Position numbers and translations under genes: made by a program. From positions 6,349 through 70,348 of the forward strand of contig DAIJ01000016.1 of NCBI GenBank assembly GCA_002498725.1: a DNA stretch of 64,000 nt, read 5' to 3'. This stretch comes from Euryarchaeota archaeon UBA23 (GTDB lineage Archaea; Thermoplasmatota; Poseidoniia; Poseidoniales; Thalassarchaeaceae). Shown here piece after piece: positions 28,379 to 38,469 of the stretch. The notes under the pieces are model-generated. The model was not told the origin of the DNA, ran no database searches, and saw nothing but the letters and a program-made list of their open reading frames with translations. Each line of letters begins with the position of its first letter. Position 1 is the first letter of the stretch.

Positions 28379-29604
28379 GCATCAATTGTAATATCCAAAT
28401 GAATTATTTCTATTCCTTCAAAACTATCGCTGTAATTTATAGTTGAATTATTCCCTAAACTATTGATTAGTAAATCGATTCTGAAGATACCATATCCAAA
28501 TCTTTCATCATGCTCAGTTTGACCATCATCCATCTGAGAATTTTCACTAATTTTTTCCTTCACAAGATCAATTGCACTAACTCCTCCTGAATCCCCTTCT
28601 CTTTGCAATTCAGGGTATTCTTGTAAAACAAGTGCAATTCCTCCACTTACCCATGCAGTGGCTGCTGACGTCCCACTAGCCCAACCCCACCACGTATCTC
28701 CGACGCCTGCTGCCATTAGTACAGGTACCTCTGCTCCTGGTGCTAGAACTTCTGGTTTTTTATTGGGGTCGGATCTAGGCAATTGCGGTGGCCACAATTG
28801 CAGATTATTATCTCCTCTTGAACTTCCACTCCAAACATTACCGAGTCTAGTTACCCCTCCCACACAAATAACATTCTCTACAGATCCAGGAGATGAAACA
28901 TCTCCATCATCATCTTGACCATCGTTGCCCGCAGCAGCTACCACAAATACACCCTGATCAAGAGCATCTTGAACAGAATTTTCTAGTTGGTCAGTAGTGA
29001 TTCCAAGAAAGCCAATCCCTCCTTCACCTCCGAGGCTAAGTGATATGATATCTGCTTGACTACTCACACACCAATCAACTGCTTCAGCAATTCCCTCATC
29101 AGTTCCTTGTCCATTGGATCCAATTGCTTTAGCAACTAGTAAATCAACCCCTCTTGCATTACCTCTAAGGCCATCTTTAGCGACAATAATTCCTGCCATT
29201 GCCGTTCCATGACCTTCGTCATCGTAGGGTTCACTTTGACCGTTGACCACATCTAACCAACCTCTCAGTGTCTGATGACGTAAATCAGGGTGTGAGAGTT
29301 CAATACCAGAGTCCACTACACATACAACGACTCCACTTCCGTCCAAATGATCAATTTCATCAAACCCCGTTAAATCATAGTAAGATTCTTGCCAACCAGT
29401 CAATGTTGGAGATGGCCCTCCGATAATTATGTCATGCGCATTTGACCAAACCCAAAGAAGAATTATTGCTACTACGAATAAAGAAAATAGTGATGAAACA
29501 ACACCAATTACCCATGGCAAGGCGCCCTCAAACATTTTCTCTTCTTCAACAATTTCAATTGGTTGTTCTGATGGAGTTTGACTAACCAATTCATATTCCA
29601 CCAA
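28315..29604 (-). CDS. Membrane-anchored S8 (subtilisin-like) serine peptidase
   Basis: Catalytic triad motifs VVDSG, HGTAMAG and GTSAAT. Oxyanion AAAGN. N-terminal TM helix. Confidence 0.92.
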   Translation of the reverse strand: MVEYELVSQTPSEQPIEIVEEEKMFEGALPWVIGVVSSLFSLFVVAIILLWVWSNAHDIIIGGPSPTLTGWQESYYDLTGFDEIDHLDGSGVVVCVVDSGIELSHPDLRHQTLRGWLDVVNGQSEPYDDEGHGTAMAGIIVAKDGLRGNARGVDLLVAKAIGSNGQGTDEGIAEAVDWCVSSQADIISLSLGGEGGIGFLGITTDQLENSVQDALDQGVFVVAAAGNDGQDDDGDVSSPGSVENVICVGGVTRLGNVWSGSSRGDNNLQLWPPQLPRSDPNKKPEVLAPGAEVPVLMAAGVGDTWWGWASGTSAATAWVSGGIALVLQEYPELQREGDSGGVSAIDLVKEKISENSQMDDGQTEHDERFGYGIFRIDLLINSLGNNSTINYSDSFEGIEIIHLDITIDAQAERRKTANVPPVSSRKAAE

Positions 29605-29635
29605 TTAAATGAATCCGAATTCCACCTTACGTTTT

Positions 29636-30838
29636 TCACCAAGCCTCGGATTTAGTAAATTGACTCAATAATGTGGTACTAGAGCCACATTTTTCACAAC
29701 TAGTTCTGGTCGGCAGGATTTTTTCACACTCATTACATGCTGTCCCTGGCTCTCCTGCTCCTTTGCAATCTTTATTTGAACAAGGAACTTCAATTGCACC
29801 ATTATGGTTCATCACTGCAGAACTTTCATTTTTGCAAATTGGGCAAACCCCCTGTCTTTTACCCTCAAATTTTGGGATTATATCTCCCGCAACTTCTCTT
29901 GCTCTGAATGATTGTATTTTTTCAGCCGAATTTCCGAGCATAAATTGTGGATACCATAACGTTTGAGCCCAAACAATTACTGCTACAATAGCAGTAATTA
30001 CATGGATGACTACGAATGGAGTCATATCTTGCTCAATTGGAGGTCTTAGCGCGACTGAATGCGCTCCACTCCAAGAAGATATGTTAATTAGAATCATCCA
30101 AGTTATTATTCCCAACCTCCAAGCATTAAGGCTATGATCTCTCCAAGCCTTATTCACCATTCTTGGATCAGGATGTGCATGTATTTGTTGAACGTGTAAA
30201 TCTCTAGTTTCTATGACAGCTCTATCAACTACAATTGTTAGTATGAATACAAGAACTAAGTTTCCTACGGAAACGCCAATCCAATCAGAATAATTTGAGT
30301 TAAAGGGAAATGTTGTCGATCCTGCATGAGATGCAATGTGACCTAGTTGTACACCTAGACTTCCAACCGCCATAAATAGCAGATTATCTCTCATTAAGGG
30401 GAATCTAACCCAAAATATGGCAATGACTCCAATCCAACAAATTATTGATAGAAGTGATAACATTAACGAAAAATCACTAACATGAGAAAAACCCGAGTCA
30501 CCCTTGAGGAGGTTAATTCCTACTCTATTGTAGTCTCCGCCTTTTGCCAATTCACCTATTCCTAAATCCCAAGCTCCAAGTATGATTGCGGTTATGGCAA
30601 TTAGAATGGCAAAGCCCTCGTTAATACCCCATTTTCTTCGTATCATAGCGATATGAAAAATATATTCTTCAATTATTGAATCAATTAATCTCAATCTTTT
30701 ATGATAATTGTCTAGTCTAAAGGGGGATTCAATATCACTCAGCCGTAGGGTCGAGTAATCAGGAGTATCCTGTGGTTTTACTCCGTCCTCGATATCACTC
30801 ACATTAGGTTCGCAATAGAACACGCATAATAATCCCAC
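29636..30838 (-). CDS. Multi-pass membrane protein with C-terminal zinc-ribbon repeats
   Basis: About six hydrophobic segments. Tail CPIC..CSNKDC..CNEC..CEKC. Confidence 0.75.
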   Translation of the reverse strand: MGLLCVFYCEPNVSDIEDGVKPQDTPDYSTLRLSDIESPFRLDNYHKRLRLIDSIIEEYIFHIAMIRRKWGINEGFAILIAITAIILGAWDLGIGELAKGGDYNRVGINLLKGDSGFSHVSDFSLMLSLLSIICWIGVIAIFWVRFPLMRDNLLFMAVGSLGVQLGHIASHAGSTTFPFNSNYSDWIGVSVGNLVLVFILTIVVDRAVIETRDLHVQQIHAHPDPRMVNKAWRDHSLNAWRLGIITWMILINISSWSGAHSVALRPPIEQDMTPFVVIHVITAIVAVIVWAQTLWYPQFMLGNSAEKIQSFRAREVAGDIIPKFEGKRQGVCPICKNESSAVMNHNGAIEVPCSNKDCKGAGEPGTACNECEKILPTRTSCEKCGSSTTLLSQFTKSEAW

Positions 30839-30901
30839 TTTGAAAATGAGTCCTTAGATCGCTACTTCTTGACCTATTTGGGAATGTGAATTATTGATTA
30901 G

Positions 30902-30987
30902 TGGCGCCGAGAGGGAGATTTGAACTCCCGAGGGTAGAACCCACATGATTTCCAGTCATGCGCAATACCAGGCTATGCGACCTCGGC
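30902..30987 (-). tRNA. tRNA-Ser(GGA)
   Basis: Reverse complement GCCGAGG...CATGA-CTGGAAA-TCATG, long variable arm, GTTCAAATC, ending CTCGGC-G-CCA. Confidence 0.95.
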
Positions 30988-31114
30988 AGGCAAATAGTCG
31001 AGTTAGGATCTAGTCTTCAGTCTGTTGCATGATCAAACACAAATTTTCCTCCCTTATTCAGTTTTGTTTTTTTTCCGCAGTCGTTAAATCGTAATCTTAT
31101 TTGGACCACTTACT

Positions 31115-31189
31115 GCCACTGTGGCTTAGGGGTATAGCGACGCCTTGGTAAGGCGTAGGTCGCGAGTTCAATTCTCGCCAGTGGCTCCA
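31115..31189 (+). tRNA. tRNA-Thr(GGT)
   Basis: GCCACTG/CAGTGGC acceptor stem, ACGCC-TTGGTAA-GGCGT anticodon arm, GTTCAATTC, T-CCA end. Confidence 0.95.
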
Positions 31190-31289
31190 TTTTAATCGCT
31201 TTTTTTAATTTTAGATTGGTTATATAAATCGATAAAAGTGAACCTATGGTTCCAAATTATTCATAACTCTGATATCCCCGTCATGGGGC

Positions 31290-34200
31290 ATGGCCATCGT
31301 CTCCCATAAGAATGGAGCCCTGTTAATCGTATTGTGTCTCTTGACTATGCCTCTTGCTTCGGCAGGGCAATCTAGCTGGACTACTAGTTCTCCAGTTAAT
31401 CCCGGAGATGAAGGAGTTACTGTAAATTCTTTCACAGTTCCTAGTAATGAAACCATTACTGATGCTTGGATTCATGTTACCAATGATCCAATGGCAAATG
31501 ACCAAGCAAATAACTTATTTTTCGAATCAAATGAGATAGAAGATGGTAGTTTCTCAGGAACTACAGCTTCTCTAATTGATGGTAATATCACTCTGGAAGA
31601 TGATGGCTCGACCTCCAGTGTGTTTGACTTTGATGATAATGGTAATTTCACTATTGACCTTTCATCTCAATATATTTCAGGACCCGGTCCTCACATGTGG
31701 GCTCTGGAAGAATCTGGAGGTTGGATTACTTCAGCTTGCCCTGGAGATTCGGCTAACGGCGGGGCTGCTGAATTGAGACAATACAATATCACTTCTGGAT
31801 ACGACGATGATCTTGATGGCTATCTAGAATCTCATGAAGTAAATTCTGTATTACTTTTCTGCCAGACCGATCAAGTTATTGTTGGTGGTAGTGGTTTACC
31901 TCCTGCTGGTGATGTAAATGGTACTGTTAGGAATTCAACTCCAACCTTTAATTCAATGACTCTAAATAGCGGCCATTCAGTGTGCTCTGAAGGCGGATAT
32001 TATCTTGAATATGGTAATGATTTCGGCACATACTATGATAGAAACAGTTCACTCAATGCATCTGAATTAGGTGGTGAACTATATTTTTGTAATCAAATTG
32101 AATTATGGTTTGCAACACTCTTAGATTTCGGAGGTTCTATTCAGGGCGCTCAACAACAATTGTCCCATGGAACAGTTCCCGCGGCTCCTTCAGAAGGAGA
32201 AGTAGTTGCTGGTACATTGCCCGGCAGCCCGGTTCCTCCTGGGACTGATGGTTGGCTAATTACACCAACTCAGACAATACCTGTTGATCCAACAACTCAT
32301 GTGAATTATACCTTTACTTTCGACCATTGGCGTAATCTTGAATCAGGAGACGGTGCTTGGGTTGAATATAGAATTCAGAGTTCAAGTGGAGATTGGACTA
32401 ACTGGACATGGGTGGCTCCAGTTCATGGTTATCCAAACTATATTCCAGTTGGTGACATAAATGTTGAAGGTAATCCAAGTGGCGACTTACCAGTATTTGG
32501 AGGAACATCAACGTCTTGGGAGAACAAAATGATTGATCTTGCATCATTAACTGATGGAGGAGATGACACCTACATTCAATTCCGATTCCGTTTGTCTACT
32601 TCAGACTCCTCATCCGGATCTCCAGGTTGGTTTATTGATAATATAACCTACAATAATGACGGTACAGGTTCTGGTGCTTGGCACCACGGTTGTGACGTAA
32701 ATGGTTATTCATACACAAATTATGGAACATATTGTTACTATTCTAATTCTGCTTTAGGCTATCTTAATGTCGCAACAGGTCTAGACCTAACTGGAGTTTA
32801 TGACTTACGTTTTGACTTGCATTGGGATCTAGAAGGTTCTGGTTGGGACAATGCATGTATTGAATTGTCAAACAATGGTGGTACCAGTTGGATCGACATA
32901 TCATCATCATCATCCACAACAACTACTCAATGTAGAAGTCGTGCCGGTTCAATTCCTAATTATGGATATACTGACATAACTGGCACCAGTTATGGAGATG
33001 ATAGCGGTGGTATGGTGACTATAGAGAATGATGTGCCAGCGAGTCATAGAGTATCTTCTGTTGATTTGAGAATTGTAGTTCAAACAGACGCTTCTGTTTC
33101 TTATGGAAGCCCTGGCGGTGCTTCAGATCCAGACGGGCGTGAAGGCCTTACAGTATTTGGCTACAGGACAATGAGTTCTAGTGGGACTGTAATGCAATCC
33201 TACACGATTCCTTCTACTGCTTCAACATCTGGTTATTCTTATGCCAGTGGACCTAATGAATGGCGCTTCTTAACTTTGACATCGGGTTTCAGTTATGAGA
33301 ACATGAACTTTGAGGATTCTTCTGTCTCAGCACCTGAAGTTGCTGATGTTGATGGTTTTACTAGAACTGGTAGTAGGGGTACTTCATGTTCTTCTTCCAG
33401 TTGTGGTTGGGAATTGGGACCTGTCATATCTTCTACCTTTGGTCCTGAGGAAGCGACATCATTCCCGTATCTATACCGAATTGGCGCAACTGGCTCTTTC
33501 GATGGCACTGTTTCAGATGCTGCCTTAGTTTCTCCGGTATTTTCAGTTCCTGAGTCCGGAATAACATTCCTTGAATTTGATCAGTGGATTTGTTGGAATT
33601 ATGATCACTGGAGCTATGGCGATATGAGAGGGGGGGCGTTATGGATACAAGTCGACGGAGGTGCTTGGCAACACGTTGACCCCGGATATAATTGGTATAC
33701 GGAAACTATGGCTACATACTCTTCCGGAACTCTATATATTCCAACGGTAAATGATGGACTTCCTATATGGGCTAATACTCACTGTGGTAATAGTGACATG
33801 TCTTCTTACGAAGTTTCTCTTCAGGAGTGGGCAGGAAGTGATGTTAGATTCAAGTGGTCTGCATCTCAGAAATATCAGTATGCAACTAACGGTGGTTCTG
33901 GTTGGTTTATTGATAATGTAGGATTCCGCGAAGCATATTTCGATGATGGTGGTTCTTGGGTAAGTGAACCAATTGCAGTCGGCGGAACTGATGATTTTAA
34001 TTTAGGAATAATTGAGATTGAAGGCACATTCGATGATAATAGTACGATAGCGGGAACTCTCCTAAATGCTAATTCTCTAATTCCTATAACAGGTTTTGAA
34101 AATCTTGATTTCCCAATTAACTTGGCTGGTTTGGATACACAAAACAATCCTTCAGTAAGATTAGTACTGAGTTTAGATACTCTAGATCACGTTTCTACGC

Positions 34201-37200
34201 CTATAGTTAAGAAGATAACAATAGGTAATGAAAGAATACTATCTGTTGATTTATTAGATTTCAATGGTTGGTCAATGTCTAATGGAATTGAAGTAGTTAA
34301 TGGCACATTAAATGCCACTGCAATTGCGGGAACTATTACTTCCGAATATATTCAATCTATTAGACCAATTAATCGAATATTATTCCAAGGTAATTCGTCA
34401 AATAATGTGTTAATCGACATCTTTGATGAGAACGGAGTAAATCTTGGACAAGGTGTTGCTGGAGGTTATATGTCATTCAATCCTCCAATAATGGGATACT
34501 CTGCACAAGTCACATTACCTACGAATGGATATATCGAGGAATTAGTTCTGAAGGTCGTAAATGGGGAACCTGGTAGGGACATGGTCATAGATGTGGGTGA
34601 AGATGGAACCACCGATTGGGCATTCCCTTCTAGCGAAGGTCGTGGACATTATGGCTGGCAAACCCATGTTCTGCTTGACACACCATCTACTAATCCAAGT
34701 GTTAATGCAGCAACCAGTGTAGATTTGTCACTGTATGCGGGCGTATCAGAAGCAGTAGTTATGTTGATTCCAGACGGTGCAATTGTAAATTCTGGATTAT
34801 TGTCTATAACTTCTGACTCTGATGGCTTTGAAGCACCAGTAACTCTTGATGTAAATGGTTATTCCAGTTCTACATCCAACTCTGACACATACATTTCTTA
34901 CTTAGATTTCTCACCCAATCAAGCAGCGTCAATTACTGCAATGGGCTCTTCTTGGACCGATACATCTTCTAATAGAGATTGGAAAGAAGTCAGTTTGTAT
35001 TTCCAATCATCTGTATCTCAAGTAGTGACTCTGTCTAGAATAGCCGTTTCATATAATTTAATGGAAAATGTTTCAGGACTAGCGACTACCCTTTCAAACT
35101 ATCAAACGCAAGCTGTAGCGGATCAACCAACACTTACACAGGTCAACATACCCACCAATATTTCCGCTGCAGCGGGACAAGTAATGATTAGTGGACTGGC
35201 TCAACATGAGTTGTTGATCACGAACAAGGATTTCAATGTTCCAAATAAGTTACATCCAGGAGGTTTCCAATATGAGATTATTACAAAGCATAGACACTTA
35301 TTTGATAATTCAGAGTTAACTCGTATAACTCTCGATGGTCTTGCCTCAGACGGCGAAGAAATTAATTTCCAAGTTGAGACTACAGAGGCTGGCGATTGGT
35401 CAAATACTGCAACCTTTTCACAAACTTCAGGTTCTTCTCAAGTAATTTTCAATGACTCCGCTAGTAGCGTAGCAATTGTAGATGGTGGTGATGGTTGGAT
35501 GGAAATTGAAGTCACTTGGAAGTTTGAAATTACTTGGAATTGGGATGATGTAGATCGTATAGACTGGACTGCTAATTCTTTTGATAACTCAGGCTATTCT
35601 ATGGATCCAGCAACTGCAGTAAGTGGTAGAACAGGAAATGCTGTAGAAAATGATCTTCAGATAGACTCATTCGAAATTAAAGATCAGTTTGATAGATCAT
35701 TATCAAATCAATTCTCTCCATTCTATCCGTTCCCAATAGCTGAAGGCAGTGCTCTAAACATCACAGGAACCGTTAGATTCCAAGACACTACAGATATGAG
35801 GCCTAATAGTGATGACTTCAAAGTAAGAGTTGACATTTCAGGAGACTTGTATTTGTTAGATTCAAACGATGATGGTACATTCTCTGGAATAATAAATTCA
35901 CCTATAGGCTATGACGAAATAACCGCCTCACCAGAATTATTCCGTGTAGGTCCACTATCTGGATCTATAGGAGGTCAAGATGTATCTGGAGTCACTAGCG
36001 TAGTGACAATGTTGTCTGACACACATCCTCCAGTAGTAAATGCAGTCCAAGTTAACACAGCCACTGGGCTAGTAAATGCAAACGGAAAGGTTTGGGATCC
36101 AACAGTGCCTCTGACTTTGTATGTCACTATTGAAGAGGCTGAGGCAAGGGGAGAATCCCTGACTTTGAAATATTGGAGAGCAGATGTAGACGATCTTAAC
36201 GGTAATGGCATGGCAGAAGAAGATGAGTATTTGTCTCAGATTCAGTTACTTTCCGCAGGAATGACGGGCGAGCAACAAGTCACATTCGACCCAATAGATG
36301 TTTCATCTCAAGGGTTCAATAGTCCAGTTCATGTCTACTTAGAGGGTACTGATTGGGCTGGTCTTTCTTATCAAGATGGAGGAACTGGTGGCTCAGCTGG
36401 TGCAGATAATGCTTGGTCCTCTCTGATAATTGCAACAGATGAACCAACCTCTACAATAAGGCAGGGATACAGCATTGATAGCGAGACTGGCTTCCTTCTT
36501 GCAGGACACAATCATGTCATGAGGATGCAAATCAATGAAGCCAATGGACTAAATTCATTGGATAACATTACTGTAATGTTATGTGGCGATGAACCTGATG
36601 AGATTGGTAAATTTAGTTATAATCCCTCAGAAGGTACAATTTGGACAGCTAGTGAATCTTTCGTGAATCCAATTTCGGTACAAACTACTCCAATAACCGA
36701 TGAGGTATTTGAGGTATCATTCATGTTTGAATTATCTTGGTACTACCCTTGGACTGAAGGTCAACAGACCTGTAAGCCAAGTGTTAGAGTGGTCGATGAT
36801 TTTACAGAAGTTGCGTTTGATAATAACATTGGTGAATTAAGTTGGTTATTGGATAATCAGTTAGTAGCCGTAACTACTTCTGTAGAAGATCTTTCACCTC
36901 CATTCGGTGAATCAGGAGATTTACATGTTTATTTACGTCAGGGAGATGAATTATCCGTCTCAGGTGAAGTATACTATGCATCATCGGGTGTTGCAATTTC
37001 AACAATAGATGATGACTTAATGGTCGATGTAGAAATTGTGTATGGTACTCAATCAATTATTGAATCTGTAGATGTTTCTGATGAAGGTACATGGATGGCA
37101 TCGATGGTACTACCTATGCGTGCACCATCGAATCCTCAAATGGATATTACAACAACCGTTGTTAATGTACCCGGAGTAGGTACTTCTGCTAATGACAACA

Positions 37201-38162
37201 GCGCTCAAGTGACTGTTGACAGTGTTTCTCCTACTGTACTATTCGATCTTATTAATTATCCGGATTCATCGTTGACTATTCTTGAATCTGATCTTATAGA
37301 AGAAGTTCTTGTGACTGTAACAGTGGTTGATTCTATTGGTATGCCAACATCTGATTTGGAGGTCTCATGGGTATTCCTCAGAGACAACCTTCCAGTATCG
37401 GGTACAGAAGGATCAGGTGCTTTGCCCCTCATACTAAATGATGTAGATTCTAATTCCGATGGAATACGCGATAGAGATATTTTCCAAGGAAAAATTGATT
37501 TTACCCCCGGATTAGTTGATTTCGAGGTAGAAGAGGGAGATCGTATTTTGTTCTGGGTTACTTCTACTGATCGTGCAGGTAACAATGTACAGGGTCCTGG
37601 TAGTGAAGATTCACCTCGTACAGTTGCTCTAAGATTAATGGTATTCACTCCGAAACTTGACAGTATGGTAATTACCCCCCAAGATCCGTTCTCTGACCAA
37701 GAAGTCACTATAGAGACATTCTGGAGCAATAGTGGAAAGAGAGATGGAACAATTGAAATTACATTATTTGAATTGAAGTCTGACGGCAACTGGAGGGCTG
37801 AGAGTTCTTCAATTGAATTGGATATACCTGCTGAATCATCATCTAATTATGCTAAATTCACATGGCAAGCTGGAGAACCCGGCCAACCTATCTTGTATGT
37901 TATCATAGATGGAGACCTCGACAACCCATGTCTTGAGTGCTCAGTAAATGGTATAATTGTCAAGCCTACTGTTTCTGCAAGTGATTCAGATGGCGAAACA
38001 TTGCCATACATGGTTATTGCAGGCATTGCTCTTGTAGCAATTGCTCTTGTTGGATTCTTTGTAAGTAGAAGTCGTACGGATGACGACGAGTATTATTATG
38101 ACGATGATGATGACTACTATTACGACGATGTCGATGAAGAGTTTGACTCTGAGGAAGAATAA
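31290..38162 (+). CDS. Giant (2290 aa) acidic surface glycoprotein: Cys-bracketed G-x-D repeats, three jelly-roll (MAM/InhA-like) domains, Ig-like/CARDB domains, C-terminal TM, Tyr/acidic tail
   Basis: Signal peptide. Repeated F-D-x-W..E...D-G/N-A...GWFIDN modules. Many N-x-S/T sequons. TM MVIAGIALVAIALVGFFV. Tail DDDEYYYDDDDDYYYDDV. Confidence 0.85.
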   Translation: MAIVSHKNGALLIVLCLLTMPLASAGQSSWTTSSPVNPGDEGVTVNSFTVPSNETITDAWIHVTNDPMANDQANNLFFESNEIEDGSFSGTTASLIDGNITLEDDGSTSSVFDFDDNGNFTIDLSSQYISGPGPHMWALEESGGWITSACPGDSANGGAAELRQYNITSGYDDDLDGYLESHEVNSVLLFCQTDQVIVGGSGLPPAGDVNGTVRNSTPTFNSMTLNSGHSVCSEGGYYLEYGNDFGTYYDRNSSLNASELGGELYFCNQIELWFATLLDFGGSIQGAQQQLSHGTVPAAPSEGEVVAGTLPGSPVPPGTDGWLITPTQTIPVDPTTHVNYTFTFDHWRNLESGDGAWVEYRIQSSSGDWTNWTWVAPVHGYPNYIPVGDINVEGNPSGDLPVFGGTSTSWENKMIDLASLTDGGDDTYIQFRFRLSTSDSSSGSPGWFIDNITYNNDGTGSGAWHHGCDVNGYSYTNYGTYCYYSNSALGYLNVATGLDLTGVYDLRFDLHWDLEGSGWDNACIELSNNGGTSWIDISSSSSTTTTQCRSRAGSIPNYGYTDITGTSYGDDSGGMVTIENDVPASHRVSSVDLRIVVQTDASVSYGSPGGASDPDGREGLTVFGYRTMSSSGTVMQSYTIPSTASTSGYSYASGPNEWRFLTLTSGFSYENMNFEDSSVSAPEVADVDGFTRTGSRGTSCSSSSCGWELGPVISSTFGPEEATSFPYLYRIGATGSFDGTVSDAALVSPVFSVPESGITFLEFDQWICWNYDHWSYGDMRGGALWIQVDGGAWQHVDPGYNWYTETMATYSSGTLYIPTVNDGLPIWANTHCGNSDMSSYEVSLQEWAGSDVRFKWSASQKYQYATNGGSGWFIDNVGFREAYFDDGGSWVSEPIAVGGTDDFNLGIIEIEGTFDDNSTIAGTLLNANSLIPITGFENLDFPINLAGLDTQNNPSVRLVLSLDTLDHVSTPIVKKITIGNERILSVDLLDFNGWSMSNGIEVVNGTLNATAIAGTITSEYIQSIRPINRILFQGNSSNNVLIDIFDENGVNLGQGVAGGYMSFNPPIMGYSAQVTLPTNGYIEELVLKVVNGEPGRDMVIDVGEDGTTDWAFPSSEGRGHYGWQTHVLLDTPSTNPSVNAATSVDLSLYAGVSEAVVMLIPDGAIVNSGLLSITSDSDGFEAPVTLDVNGYSSSTSNSDTYISYLDFSPNQAASITAMGSSWTDTSSNRDWKEVSLYFQSSVSQVVTLSRIAVSYNLMENVSGLATTLSNYQTQAVADQPTLTQVNIPTNISAAAGQVMISGLAQHELLITNKDFNVPNKLHPGGFQYEIITKHRHLFDNSELTRITLDGLASDGEEINFQVETTEAGDWSNTATFSQTSGSSQVIFNDSASSVAIVDGGDGWMEIEVTWKFEITWNWDDVDRIDWTANSFDNSGYSMDPATAVSGRTGNAVENDLQIDSFEIKDQFDRSLSNQFSPFYPFPIAEGSALNITGTVRFQDTTDMRPNSDDFKVRVDISGDLYLLDSNDDGTFSGIINSPIGYDEITASPELFRVGPLSGSIGGQDVSGVTSVVTMLSDTHPPVVNAVQVNTATGLVNANGKVWDPTVPLTLYVTIEEAEARGESLTLKYWRADVDDLNGNGMAEEDEYLSQIQLLSAGMTGEQQVTFDPIDVSSQGFNSPVHVYLEGTDWAGLSYQDGGTGGSAGADNAWSSLIIATDEPTSTIRQGYSIDSETGFLLAGHNHVMRMQINEANGLNSLDNITVMLCGDEPDEIGKFSYNPSEGTIWTASESFVNPISVQTTPITDEVFEVSFMFELSWYYPWTEGQQTCKPSVRVVDDFTEVAFDNNIGELSWLLDNQLVAVTTSVEDLSPPFGESGDLHVYLRQGDELSVSGEVYYASSGVAISTIDDDLMVDVEIVYGTQSIIESVDVSDEGTWMASMVLPMRAPSNPQMDITTTVVNVPGVGTSANDNSAQVTVDSVSPTVLFDLINYPDSSLTILESDLIEEVLVTVTVVDSIGMPTSDLEVSWVFLRDNLPVSGTEGSGALPLILNDVDSNSDGIRDRDIFQGKIDFTPGLVDFEVEEGDRILFWVTSTDRAGNNVQGPGSEDSPRTVALRLMVFTPKLDSMVITPQDPFSDQEVTIETFWSNSGKRDGTIEITLFELKSDGNWRAESSSIELDIPAESSSNYAKFTWQAGEPGQPILYVIIDGDLDNPCLECSVNGIIVKPTVSASDSDGETLPYMVIAGIALVAIALVGFFVSRSRTDDDEYYYDDDDDYYYDDVDEEFDSEEE

Positions 38163-38166
38163 ACAG

Positions 38167-38202
38167 ATTAACAATTCCCCATATTACAAATGGGTTGTTA
38201 AT
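38167..38202 (+). terminator. Stem-loop directly after the 2290-aa gene
   Basis: ATTAACAA..CCCAT / ATGGG-TTGTTAAT imperfect inverted repeat starting 5 nt after the stop. Confidence 0.4.
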
Positions 38203-38298
38203 AGGCGTCTTGACGTTAGTTTATACTGAGGAGTTTATAGACTTATGAATTATAGTTTGCACACGAGAAACGCATAGTTTCTGCGATGGGGGATGGGC

Positions 38299-38469
38299 AT
38301 GAACGAGGAATCTCTGGATTTGAGTATTGAAGAATTAAAGGTAGAAATTGATGATTTGAAGGATTTAGTAAAGACACTTCTTACCATAATAATGGAGGAA
38401 GCAGATGGTGTCGAATCGGGTTCAGCACCACAGATTACTAATCACCCTAGTCGCGGATATGTAATGTAG
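38299..38469 (+). CDS. Small acidic coiled-coil protein (56 aa, absent from the ORF track)
   Basis: Manual translation MNEESLDLSIEELKVEIDDLKDLVKTLLTIIMEEADGVESGSAPQITNHPSRGYVM. Heptad pattern. The stop abuts the stop of the convergent gene exactly. An in-frame ATG also lies at 38293. Confidence 0.7.
   Translation: MNEESLDLSIEELKVEIDDLKDLVKTLLTIIMEEADGVESGSAPQITNHPSRGYVM

Noticed and set aside
30902-31289. tRNA-anchored genomic island (tRNA-Thr followed by a giant gene)
   Set aside because: No duplicated tRNA 3' end (att site) was noticed downstream, there is no integrase, and composition looks like the rest of the window.
38450-38469. Proteasome-gating HbYX motif at the end of the 56-aa microprotein
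   Set aside because: The tail is GYVM. Tyr is third from last, not penultimate.
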